A stretch of DNA of 64,000 nt from contig JAPETS010000006.1 of the NCBI GenBank assembly GCA_026023565.1, forward strand, positions 62,001 through 126,000. The letters are read 5' to 3'. The notes beneath the pieces were generated by a model. The model was given only the letters and a program-made list of their open reading frames with translations, did no database searches and had not been told where the DNA came from. This document shows positions 11,325-23,601 of the stretch, one piece after another. The position numbers and the translations under genes are program-made. The stretch comes from Cirrosporium novae-zelandiae. Lineage: Eukaryota. Position 1 is the stretch's first letter; the number at the start of each line of letters is the position of its first letter.

Positions 11325-13054
11325 ATGCCTCCAAAAAAGCAAGTTAAGGAAGAGAAAATTCCTCTCGGTCGGCCGGGGAACAATCGTACGTTGTTCGAAT
11401 TTTTCTCTTTTTTTTTGTTTCACAAAAACTTTGTGTGCCGAGCTAAAACTGAATTGCAGTGAAGAGTGGTATCGTATGTAGGAGATACCATGCACATCAA
11501 AGTAAAAATATCTTTGGCTAAGACAATCTTCTTCAGGTTGGCCTTGCAAACGTTGGGAAATCAACTCTCTTTCAAGCCATCACGAAATGTTCGCTGGGTA
11601 ATCCAGCTGTGAGTCTTATTGTTGCACCACTTCTAAAGGGTGGAGATGCTGATGTTATATTCTACAGAATTATCCTTACGCCACAATTGAACCTGAGGAA
11701 GCTCGGGTCATTGTGCCTGATGAAAGATTTGATTGGCTCTGTGAACACTATAAGCCAAAATCTCAAGTCCCAGCTAATCTCACTGTCTACGATATTGCTG
11801 GGCTTACACGAGGGGCTTCAACCGGAGCTGGTTTGGGAAACGCATTCTTGTCACACATTAGAGCAGTAGATGCAATTTTCCAGGTTGTACGTTCTTTCGA
11901 TGATGCTGAAATTACTCACGTCGAGGGTAATGTCGACCCTGTTCGGGATCTAGATATCATTAGTGAAGAGCTCCGGATCAAAGATATTGAATTCGTTGAG
12001 AAAGAGTTAGAGAATAAGAAAAAATTAACGCGGAGAGGGGGCCAGAGTTTGGAGATGAAAAAACTCAAAGAAGAAGAGGCTACAATTGAGAAAATCCTCG
12101 CATGGTTGCAGGATGGGAAGGATATAAGGAAAGGGAATTGGACCAAGAAAGAGGTAAGATTTGTTTCCCCCTAGTTCTCTATATGTTTCCTTCACCCCTT
12201 ATGCTTTCATGATGAATAAGAGCCTCTGGCTCGATCTATAACCCAGCTCGTCGACGACCTCATTCAATCTCACGTAAGAGGTCTTAATGAGATTAACTCC
12301 AACTCTGATATGCAATACTGCACTAAACCATTTTACAAAACTTATTTTGCTTTTTGGATCCATGGGAAGCTTACTTTTGTATATCAGATCGAAGTTATCA
12401 ATCCTCTCTTCCTGCTCACCGCCAAATCCGTAGTCTTCCTTATCAATCTGAGTGAGAAGGATTACATCCGACAAAAGAACAAGCACATTCCCAAAATCGC
12501 TGAATGGATAAAAACCAATGCCCCTGGTGATCCTATTATTCCAATATCGGTATCCTTCGAAGAGCGTTTGACCCAGTTTGGTGACGATGCTGCTGCAGAA
12601 GAGGAATGCAAAAAATTAAGTACGAAGTCTGCACTTCCCAAAATCATTACCACTATGCGGAAAGCTTTGGGTCTTGGAAGCTTTTTCACAACTGGTCCTG
12701 ATGAAGTACGGCAATGGACTATTCGAAATGGAACCAAAGCGCCACAAGCCGCTGGCGTTATCCATACAGGTATGTTTAAGTCCCACATCCTTTCATTGGG
12801 TTCTTTTGATTGATTTTTTCATTGTATAGATTTCGAGAAGACCTTCATCCAAGTTATTGTATACAACTACACTACGCTTAGGGAGTATGGCGACGAAGGC
12901 GCTGCTAAGGCAGCCGGGAAAATCATGACCAAAGGCAAAGGTATGGCTCCTATTCACCGCAAACATACTGGATCACAGCTTCTAACTATTAACAGACTAT
13001 GTTGTAGAGGATGGAGACATTCTTCTGATCAAGGCGGGAGCAGCGAAGGCTTAG
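11325..13054 (+). CDS. OLA1: Obg-like ATPase 1 (YchF family)
   Basis: Spliced reading MPPKK..LGRPGNNL/KSGI/VGLANVGKS (P-loop), YPYATI, DIAGL, GLGNAFLSHIRAVD, FFTTGPDEVRQWTI, KAPQAAGVIHTDFEK, TKGKDYVVEDGD. Six introns, with a 14-nt microexon at 11460-11473. Confidence 0.97.
12204..12313 (+). ncRNA. Intronic box C/D snoRNA, snR69-like (predicted guide for 25S rRNA Cm2948, yeast numbering)
   Basis: Lies in the 234-nt OLA1 intron (12154-12387). C box ATGATGA 12209-12215; D box CTGA 12305-12308. The guide TCTA(T)AACCCAGCTC 12235-12249 is antisense to the conserved LSU rRNA sequence GAGCUGGGUUUAGA and is followed by a D'-like TCGA at 12251-12254. Confidence 0.85.
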
Positions 13055-13255
13055 ATACCCAATGAAATACTCATAGTGCTTTGATAAATCCTGTCATTCG
13101 CGTAGAGCGTAACTTTTTCGTTTTTGTTCATTATAGTAGACTCAATCTTGGTAACCATAATATTTTATTTCTTCAAGGTATAGCCTCAAGAACAATCCTC
13201 AAAGAACAAAATGTCATTCCATCCATATAAGTACAATCGTACTCTCCACCTAACC

Positions 13256-13996
13256 TTACAATCTCCTGGGCTTGGGGCTTCTTGATCCTCCAAACTTCAA
13301 CCGTGTAGAATCAGTAACCCTAGTTATTAAATGTCTAATCATTTTCCCCTCTTGTCCTAAAATGGCTTTTGTAGAAGCATCCCTACCAGCTCCGAAACCT
13401 CTAAACACAAGTTCCAGTTTGTTTATTTTCTCCTTAGCAATTATATTCCGTTCGGTTATGTTCTTGAGGAGAAAAGCAGTCAATTGGTATCCGGCATCAA
13501 AGCTGCCTCTTGCTGACTTTCGAAATCCAATCTCGCCAGCCGAAACGGATAGGATAGGTGCACGAGAAGGGCGAGTAAGTGTTAGATGTGTGTTATGTTT
13601 TGTGGAGTAAATGTTGAGATGGTGTGGTTCCGTGGTATCTTGTGTCTGATTGATAATGGCGTTGGACGAATTTCGAGGAGGTAACTGGGTGAGTGGAGCA
13701 TTTCTCATCAAGTCACTCATCGCCGTTCCTAGTCCGTTTGGTGAGCCTCGTTTTTGGACGGGGACGCTATCTCGCATGAAATCCAACACGTCATATATTC
13801 CCCGCCCTGTTCCGGTGGTAGTAGATGAAGCCATTGGTTTGCGCGCAGAGGGAGGTGATTTATCAGGGTCATCGTCGGCTCTCCAGCGGGGTGTAGAGGA
13901 GAAGGAGCGGAAGAACGAGGCTCGAGGATTGGAGAGTGTACGACATTGCCGACAGATTGGACTTCTCCACAACTGTCTTGTAGAAGTCGGGTTCAT
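13256..13996 (-). CDS. MRPS18: Mitochondrial ribosomal protein uS11m
   Basis: Arg/Ser-rich presequence (..RSFSST..) and an S11 domain: HLNIYSTKHNTHLTLT, SAGEIGFRK, GFGAGR, VTDSTRLKFGGSRSPKPRRL. Confidence 0.92.
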   Translation of the reverse strand: MNPTSTRQLWRSPICRQCRTLSNPRASFFRSFSSTPRWRADDDPDKSPPSARKPMASSTTTGTGRGIYDVLDFMRDSVPVQKRGSPNGLGTAMSDLMRNAPLTQLPPRNSSNAIINQTQDTTEPHHLNIYSTKHNTHLTLTRPSRAPILSVSAGEIGFRKSARGSFDAGYQLTAFLLKNITERNIIAKEKINKLELVFRGFGAGRDASTKAILGQEGKMIRHLITRVTDSTRLKFGGSRSPKPRRL

Positions 13997-14297
13997 GGTG
14001 AGCTTAAGCTTGTAATGAGGGGGGAGAAGGAAGTAGTTTGATATTACATGTAAATGCGATTAGCGAATTGTTGGTTTTCCAGGCTTCGGTTTCCCAAAAA
14101 GTTTTAGGCCGGCTTTTTCCGATTGCAAAAAGAGAGCGAGAGCCTTCCTCTACCAGATCTTTTGCGCCTTCCCTTCACTGCTCTGTACAACTTCCAATAA
14201 TTAATAGTTCTTTTCTTGACCGTCCCTTTCTCTACTATCTTCCTCTTCCAAATATTTCATTTATTCTTGCTGAAGAAGCTTTCCTCTAAAAAGTAGT

Positions 14298-15988
14298 ATG
14301 AACGTCTCCGCTAGGCTTGTTCCCGCACAAGCAAATCTCCTCGCCTGCCGGCGAGCCATCGCCTCCGCAAAATCCTTCTATGGCAGAACTACTCCCTATC
14401 GCCGGTTACAGACTCAGAGCTATGTACCGGGTTCGCAAAGAACGCAGCCCACTCGCACCTTACTGTCCCCTACCCTTTCATCAATACGGCTAAGCCCAGC
14501 AATCATATTACGCCCATTGTGGTACAGTCTGACTATTCGGAGGGGATTTGCGTCTAACCCACCTCAATACCAAGAGGCACGACAAGGAGGCCAAGTCAAA
14601 GATCCACCACGACAGAAAACTTCGGCAGAAGCCAACTCTAAGCCGACTCAAGGACCAGAGGAGACAAAAGCTTCAGAGCAGTCTAAGGATAACGAAAAAG
14701 AGGGGGAGGAGGGCGAAAAAAAGGAGGAAAAGAAAAAGGAAGAACCGCCACCGCCTCCCCCACATGGTGACAAGACCCCTTGGCAGGTCTTCACAGACAC
14801 GCTCAAATCGGAATTTAGGGCTTCTAAGGAATGGAATGAATCCACCAAAGCATTAGCGGAGGGCGCACACCAATTCACCGAGAGCGAGTCTGTAAAACGA
14901 GCGCGCGCTGCAGCTACGGCAGCATCGGAGGCAGCTACTTCCACAACTGCAAAGGTTCTTACTGGTACTGGCAAAGCAATTGGACATAGCGCGGCTTGGA
15001 CATGGGATACTTCAGTGGTTCGGGGCGTACGGGCCAGCGTCAATGCTACTGGAAGGGGCATTGAATTGGCTACAAGGCCTGTCAGGCAAACTAAAGCCTA
15101 TAAAAAGACTATTGGAGGAATTAAAGATACAATGGATGACGGCGCCAGTTCCCGGTACGGCGGATGGATTGAAAAGGAGGAGAGGAGGAAACAGCGAGAA
15201 CTCAGAGAACTTGAAGAAATTAGGGCCGGAAAACGGCCAGCACGTCCGGCCGAAGAGAATCCAAAGTATGTATTCCAAAGCTCCTAGACTTTAAGTTTTC
15301 TAACATGATTAGTGCCGGTACGAATATTACAGTCCACAAAGACGCCGCTTGGAGGGAGTCCTGGCGGGAGTTTAAAGACTCGAGCAAGTTAATGCAGTCA
15401 CTATTTACCCTAAAATCCACCTACAATGAATCCGAAAATCCCTTTATCTTAACGGCTCGAGGTATTTCCGATAGAGTTGCAGGATTTTTCGCAGAAAACG
15501 AAACGGCTCAGGTTATAAAGAAGTTCAAAGAGATGGACCCCAGCTTCCAACTCGAGCCATTCCTAAGAGAGATGAGAGAATATATCCTTCCAGAGGTACT
15601 AGATGCATATGTGAAGGGCGATACGGAAACGCTGAAGCTCTGGCTATCGGCAGCACAGTTCCAAGTTTATTCCGCACTTACTCATCAATACCACGCTGCT
15701 GGACTAGTATCGGATGGGCGTATTCTCGATATCAGAAATGTGGAGATTCTAACAGCTCGGATGTTGGACCCAGGAGAAGTCCCTGTCTTCATCGTCACAT
15801 GCCGGACTCAAGAAGTTCACGTGTACCGTAACGCAAAGACCAAAGAACTTGCTGCAGGCATGGAGGATAAGGTACAACTCGTTACATATGCAATCGGTGT
15901 CACTCGGCTTCCGGAAGAAATTACTGACCCGGAGACTCGGGGATGGAGACTGATTGAACTGCAGAAGTCGGCAAGGGACTGGATTTAA
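14298..15988 (+). CDS. TIM44: Mitochondrial import motor subunit Tim44
   Basis: Presequence; TPWQVFTDTLKSEF; SRYGGW; C-terminal Tim44 domain (FAENETAQV, MDPSF..FLREMREYILPEVLDAY, CRTQEV, GWRLIE); one intron near 15267-15312. Confidence 0.96.
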
Positions 15989-17075
15989 AGGATGGTCGAT
16001 TTGATGCTTAGGGTTTGTCTAGTGGTTTTTCCCTAGCTATATTGAGCATATGGATTTAGTGAAGGATGATGAAGGGGAAATGGCAAGGCTCTCAGGACGG
16101 GATGCATGTATGATACGTTGGGGATTTATTCAATAGGATGACAAGAGCTGGGTTTACTGTATATACTAAAGTACTAGCTATGGGATGATGGACGTCGGAA
16201 GGATTCCAGAAAGGGATGAAAATTCTACTCTTATTAATGCCGTAACTTATACTAATTATGATATTAGTGATGATAGACACACATGGTCATACTGTGGTAG
16301 TGGTGAGATATATGTGAGTCAGTGATACTACAAGTAGACTGATAGATAGTACTTAGTAAAAATCCGAGGTTATGGCGTAAGAACTGGTAATGATCTACTC
16401 GAGTAGTTGGGCCGAAGTCAATGGGCAGATTGGAGCGATTGGGGGTATGTGCACCGGGAGGATGATTGATCATTGGGGCCATTTGAGATTATCAAAATTA
16501 AGCTTCTTCGCTTCATCGACGCCACTGATAACCTTGGAAGCCAAGAAGAGAGAGAGAGCCAAGTGCCAAGTAACCGAAACCATACCAATCCGAAAGTAGA
16601 ATAGAGTAAAAGTAGAGTAATAGAGAGAAACCCTCCAGTGCCTCTCCAGTGCCTCGTCACAGGCAAAAAGAAGCTAAACAGACCATTCCCGCGACTCCAA
16701 AACGGCAATCCCAAATCAGATTAAACCATAACTTAAGTATTATGTGTATTACTTCAGCTTTTACACAGACATCTACTCTAAACTCTACCCCCAGCTTTGA
16801 CAATATCTAATCCTTAAACAAAAAAACCCTGCCGCACCTTCCTTCTATTTTTGAATTCACATAATAATACTTCCAATGCCCGTACAACTTCCGCCTTTTC
16901 CTTAACATCCTCCCAAGACCCTGGTGCCTGATCCTTTTGCCTACAATCTACAAATGCGCCGGTGCCTACCGCGATTGCCTTTTATCCCCGACTTATCAAA
17001 TTCCTTCTGTACAGCAAGCAGAAGATCGTCAAGCAACAGGATCAACCGTTGATAGTGATGCTCAGTGCCGATTGA

Positions 17076-20000
17076 ATGCCCCCATTAAACCCCTTTTTGC
17101 GTGCCTTCTTCCGAAGCACTGTCCCCTCTCAGTGTACGCCGATCCACCACCATGTACGTATCCCGCGAAATCGCATTCAATCCAGCTTTCAGCTATCAAC
17201 AGTTTGCTTTGGTCAGACACTTACTACGTCCTCCAGATCCTCCTCGTTCCCACAACCGAAGTCCTTCTTACATCTCGCGACCGAGAATCGGGTGCTTTTT
17301 ACACGGATCTAGTTGCTTCGGAAGAATTCCTTGCAAGCCACGTTCTACGTATTCAGCATGGAGCAGGAGCGGATACAAAAGAACCAACCAACGTTCGCGA
17401 GACGAAAGGGAAGGCAAAGCAGTTTTCAACTGTAAATGGGAGGACCGTGGTTATCAAGGATTCGGCTGTGTATAGTAATAAGGGTACAGTGTGATGTCAC
17501 GCTATGATGGACCTCCTGTTCCGGACTGATTGATCCTCCAGGGTTCAAAACTTTGAATCAGGCGCAGTTGCTCAATGATGCCATTTACTATGCGGATACC
17601 CTCGAAACCCAGCAATGGCTGATTTATTACATATCCCGTCCTCTCCTTGGCTCCTGGGAAGCTATCCTTATTATCCCCGCGAGCATATCAGATGCTTCAG
17701 CAGCTCGAGTAGCCGCTGCACAGTCCAAGAATCTCAAGCACGCATCGCCGATACCAGTCAAGAAAGACATTAAATCGTTCAACGAACTGCTCAATACATT
17801 CCCGATGATCGCAAGACAGATGCAGCCCGGCCTAGAACGTTTGTTTAAAGAATTTGGGAAAGAGTTAGGGAAACCATTACCTGCACCACCTTCGAGGTCT
17901 TCATCTGTGAGTTCAAGGCGCTCTACTCGACCCTCCACATCCGGCTCCGAAACAAATGGTTCCATTAATTCAGAATACACAAATGGTCATGTGAAAACGC
18001 CCAGTCAGCGGTCGCTATATATAGATGATGATGACGAGAATTTGATGCGTCGGGCTCTGGAGACCGCTGTGACAGCTGCGATCGATCTCTTCCAACTTGT
18101 TGATAAGCAACAATTATCCCTACTTGGAGCTACAACTGACCTTACAGGACCTCTCGTGGAGCGCCTGATTGAGCGTTACGTGGTGGAGCAGGTACATGAT
18201 CAATTACTATTCCCTAGGATATGCAGCTACAGTAAACTTGACGACACCATACTTGAATCACGAATCCGGCAGGTGGAACATGTCGATATCTCACAAGTCG
18301 GAATTCCTATTGGCGGCGGGCAACATGGAAAGACGGAACTTTTACGTCGGTTAACAAAGGGTGTTGCCGAGTTTCGCAAGATGGGTGTAGCGGGTAGTCC
18401 GCAGCAAATGCTAGAAGTCCTTCTATCAACCATGAAGATAATCACGTCCTCTGAACCCACCAAAGATTCCCAGCAGAATGGAAACTCGGAAAAAAATGTG
18501 TTGACAATCAATGCAGATGCTTTAGTATCTATGCTCTTGATAGTGGTCATTAGGTCACACGTTCACCACTTGTATGCGAGGCTCTCTTATATGCAACACT
18601 TCATCTACATTGACGACGTTGAGAGCGGAGAGCTCGGCTATGCCCTGAGCACCTTTGAAGCTGTGCTTGCTTATTTAACTAGGGATTCTGGGGGTTTACG
18701 GAAAGCGAGTGTTAGAAACAAAAGGTTATGGCAGGCAACAAAGAAAGGGCACGTTGCCGAATTAAAGAATATTCTTGAGCCCGATAGTGAAATCGACTCT
18801 GAACATGAACAAGAGCTTGCTATCACAAGCGAGACGGAAGAGCTTGGATCCGAACAAATAACAAACGGATGGCTTGAGGAGTATACACAGACCTGGCATT
18901 CTGAAAACGCCAATGGCTTATCAAAGTCCCCAAGATTCAGTGATGAAATTGCTGAAGATCCTATTAGTGACATGTCGGAGGCAAATGGTCTTGCACATGT
19001 GTTTCCGTGGCAAGCCTGGTCAACTGAATCCGATTCCACAGAAGATTTAACTCCCCGAAAGGGCAAAAAAGTTTCAATGGACTTGCGAAGCATGTCTGGA
19101 TCTTCAGGTCGTTCATACATTTCCCATGCCACTTTGGATTCACGAACGAGTGGTCTTGTAGGGGATACGTCGTTAGAAAAACTCTCCAGGACACAGAATG
19201 CGACAGGAGATTCTGTGCCTATGATGGCCATTGAAGCCCGTCAGCCACAATCTTTGAAATATCTTCTTTCGCTTGGCCAGTTTTATCCCATGGAGTCCAT
19301 CTTAGAAGATACAAATACTGAGGGCACGACTTTGCTGAGCGCAGCTATACAATTGGCGCATACAGAAATTGTGGATATGATCCTTGATTTTGTTTTCCAC
19401 GTACCAGAGTCCACGATCATCAAATACCTTGCAATGCAGGATACACGCGGCCGCTCGGCAGCACATTACTTGTTTAATGCGCCGCACCTAATTTCCAAAA
19501 TTGGAACGTTACTACCATGGACCCAGAAGGATAGAAATGGCCAAACCCCGCTGTTTGCTCTTTGCAGGTCATATGATCACCCCGATTATACAAATATGGT
19601 AGATGAGGCATTAACGGTGGTTGCAAAATGCCAAGTTGACGGTGCACCTCTTCATCTTGGTGATCATGTCGATGGCAAGGGAAACACACTTCTTCATATC
19701 GTCAGCGATTCGCACCTTACAAGACGCATTCTTGAAACTTGTGACGTTGATACTAATGCAACTAATGACAAGAGGTTCACACCCTTAATGGTAGCTAGTA
19801 AATATGGTCGTGTTGATGTCCTCAGAACTTTCTTCGGGGATCTTCGAACAGACCTTTCTTTGAAGGAACTTCGAGGTCTGACTGCCGTTGAGCTAGCAAA
19901 AGATGATGAAGTTAGAAACAGGATTGACGATTTGATTCTCTTCCAAAATGAACCAGGTCCTGATGGGCGTATAACCGCCGTAGTCAGGTCCTTTTTCGTT

Positions 20001-21101
20001 GAGGATGCTTCGATACGGCTGATAGTCAAGTCCGGGGCACCAAACATGACAAAGGAGACTTACACCATTACTACCTGCCGTCGGTCGGTAGCCGACTTTG
20101 AGACCCTTACCAGATGGCTCGCTATCGAGCATCCTGCTTCGTGGCTTCCATCTATCTTCACATTTAGATCGCCGTTTCAGATACCCTCCAAGCCATCTAG
20201 AGCAGTGCTTCATGATATACAGGTTCGACTAGACAATTTTCTTAAAATCATGCTTGCCCACTCCAATTTCTCAACTCATGAACTTCTCTGGGAATTCCTG
20301 CTTGTGCCTGATATCCAACTCGATATGATGGGAGATAGAAGTTCTAAGAAAGCTGAAGCAAGGATAGAGAAAGTCAGAGAAGAGTATGAACCACTGGAAG
20401 ATGTCAGAGATGTGGAATCGTTTGTCAACTTCGCCCGAGAAGCCATTCGAGGAATCAATCATTCCACCAAGAGTGTTGCCCGTCGGGTCAACAACATCCG
20501 CAACATTTCCTTCGACCTCTTTGAAGCTCAGAAACTATCATCCCAGGCCCTGTCTACTATTTCATTTCTTCCAGATTCACACAAAGCCGCCTTTTCTCGC
20601 TACTCTGCTCTTTGCGTCTTAACGGATGCCCATCCATATAATATATTTTTCTCGGACGTCGTTTCCATATCCAGCACCGTTCTCGCCATCCTTTCCTCTC
20701 TAGCCAGACCGCATGCTCTCATCGACAACATGTCTACCGTCTCAAAATCCATAGATCGCTCAAAGTCTTCCCTTCGACGTGCCGACCGATGGCCCCTAGG
20801 CCTTCTAGATGATACCCGCAACAAACTACACAAAGAAGCTGAAGAAAAAGTGGAGAAGGGAAAAGACGAATTAAGAACGCTAGGTCAGGAGCTGAGGTAC
20901 ACACAGCAGACCGTTGCGAGTGAGCTTGCCGGATGGCAGGTATTGCATGAGAAGATGGGGAAGAGAGCTATCAGGAAGTTAGCAGAGCAAATGGTGGTGA
21001 GAGAGAAGGAGAAGCTAGCCTGTTTGAGGAGGGCAGTGAGAGAAGTCGTAGATGTGGATGAGAAACGAGGACCGGAGAGGGGAAGGAAATTGAGGAGGTA
21101 A
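17076..21101 (+). CDS. VPS9-domain / ankyrin-repeat / PX-domain protein (Vrl1/VARP-like endosomal Rab GEF)
   Basis: Exon 1 MPPLNPFLRAFF; VPS9 motifs INADALVSMLLIVV and GELGYALSTFEA; ankyrin repeats (GQTPLF, GNTLLH, FTPLMVAS); PX-like CRRSVADF..L..EHP..LP; coiled C-terminus; two introns. Confidence 0.88.
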
Positions 21102-21681
21102 TGAAATGCAAATGCAAGAAATGCGGAAATCTTTGGGCTCTTTGGACTCTTTGGACATGGACACACTGGCTTCGATCTATCTACCTTGTTGATGTTATTG
21201 AAAACTATTCTCCTTATGTACGGATGGGGAGCGTGGGTGGATTGTAATGATCTGTCTGTGAGTACCTTACTTATGTTTCTAGGGTATTGGGTTCATCGGT
21301 CAATGGGATTGGGTCTTATAACTCTTTATAGATATGGCTTGGCTTTTTGGATCTGAGTTGGTCCTCTTGATGGCTGATGCAAGAGTTTTTTGCGTATCCA
21401 CCAACCATGGGTGTGAATGTGCAGAACTATTTACTTAATGAAAGCTGAATTGATCAATCTATGTTTATTATGTTTCGCCTTTTGCATAAGAAAATACCAA
21501 GTACGGTATTAGGTCATTACTATTTGCCTTAGGATTGTACTAACACAATACTCAGGGTGATTAAGTAAACAATAACCTGTCCTCCGATTTTGCTCATTCA
21601 CAATTCATCTTCCCTCCCCTCTCTCCCCCACGCCTTAACTTCCACACCACCTGCCTTGCACATATCACCATAGCAACGACC

Positions 21682-22700
21682 ATGGAGGATCACATCGCTC
21701 AACATTCTGATCCTCCCGCTGAGGCTTTCAGCTCCCTCGGCAACAATCCAACTACCCAAGCTACGCTATCTATGAACACTTCACATGTCTTGAAGGATAA
21801 CTTCCCCCAGGGCGCTGCCTTAGAAGTATGTTTCCTAACTAGGTCACTTTAGTTGAGCTTGATGTCTAACGAGAATTCTTAGCAAAAATATTCATTCCCT
21901 CACAGTCACCAGTTCTTCTGTCCGTCCAACACCAGACCCCGAAATGACAAACACTCACCATATTATGAACGAGAGCCTGGATACAATTGATTTATCTCAT
22001 GGCATTAGTTTATGGGTCTAGAGCAGAAATTTCAGCTTTTAGTATTATAATGGGCAAGATTGATTGAAAATATCAGGGTCGAGCCATCTACCTAAAAGGC
22101 CCAACTTCATGAAGAAATTCCCACGGAAAATTTGTGATATAATCTTCAACTCGTATTAGAAGAAATTGAGTATTATGCCAACTATCATAATTTTTACATC
22201 TGAGTTTACACAGTACATCCATGTTTTCTTGGAAACCGTTTCAAAGAACTTCCGGGGAACAGGGAACAGGAGCTTCAACTTTCCTCTCAGCTTGAACTCA
22301 TTCTCTGGAAACTTCATAGAGAGGCTTCTTACAAAGCCAAAAAATTTCACGATGGACCTCGCTTTTAACCACTCCATCCATAAATTAACAGTGGAAGCCC
22401 AAATATATATACCAAACGAAACGAATTAAGATTATACTAGACGTTAACTATCCTCCCCACGTATTGTTGCCATTATGCAAATTTCAGGACCTGGAAGACT
22501 TGCTTATTGAAATTAATAACCAATCCCTTCGAAGAGCACGGAGTTTTTGCTAAATATGGAAAAAGTTTTTAGTAGATTTTGTAACAGAGCTATAGGGAAT
22601 GCTTAACGACGACGATAACACCACAGCACTTCGACGTCTAACAATTCGATTTGTAGACTTCTCATATTTTTTCTTCGAATAGGGTCTACCTTGCTTAGTA
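21682..22700 (+). pseudogene. Possible decayed gene of unknown function
   Basis: CT-rich leader, ATG in ACCATGG context at 21682, and a canonical GTATGT..CTAAC..TAG intron (21826-21882). The spliced frame stops after about 83 codons and is followed by interrupted coding-like stretches. Could instead be a small real gene or noise. Confidence 0.3.
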
Positions 22701-23601
22701 GGCCCTCCCATTAAATGGTGGGTGACAAGAGCTGGTTATTTGGAAAAAATAATAGATACATGAAGTTTTGTTTTGACGCCTACTACTTACTAGGATAAAT
22801 AGATAGATAATTTATTATAGTCAGGACTATCTGTCTGCCAGATATAAAATAATAGATAATAAATACTGTACAGGTATATAGTATGTATGACTTTGTCTGA
22901 CCCGGGTTTTGGTTTGGTTTAGTTCTATGCCTATGTCTATTCTAGGTAATTAGTTACATTAATAATCTAATATATCTAAGGTCGATACGATGTCAGAAAG
23001 GTGTCAGAAAGCGGCGTTGAGTTGAATGATTTTGAAGCGAGCGCGGCGCGGAATTTATGCGCCCTTTGTTACTGTAAATTTAGTATAATTCGTGGAAGGC
23101 TAGGTATAGATAATGAGAAGATGATGGAATATTTGGCCGGAATTCCTTCCTCGACGGCAACGGTATCTAATTATTAGTAAAGTAAAGATCATCAATCAGA
23201 TTGGGCCGGAACACACAAGCAACAACAACCCTAACTTTAAACTCAATCACTCTGTCAGCCCGGTCAGAATTTGGTTTATATCCGTTAAAACTAGCCTATC
23301 TAGTGGATCCTCAATTCCCTCCCATTGGACAATTTTCGTTGTGACTCTGTGCTTTGCTGATTCGTTATATACCCTCTGGAGTTTACGGTTGTTGGGATGG
23401 GATGGCGAATTTGTATTTAATGAAGGGAGGGTGCCCGACCCCGAATCTGTCTACTGTACTGTACCTTGATCAATTGAATCCTTTGTGATATTTGCACTAT
23501 CTATATATTTCATACGAAAGCTTTCACATACAGCAACAAAACTTATTTATCGCAATTGTCCCACCCCACGAGGAATTTAACCCTACAGCTTCCACTACAA
23601 T

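Noticed and set aside
13272..14015. Plus-strand ORFs antisense to uS11m, and similar shadow ORFs over the VPS9, TMF1-like, NCS1 and TIM44 genes
   Set aside because: Expected antisense or alternate-frame shadows of real coding sequence.
16000..16700. RTGATGA C-box-like words downstream of TIM44 (also near 32509 and 38270)
   Set aside because: No suitably placed D box together with a recognisable rRNA-antisense guide.
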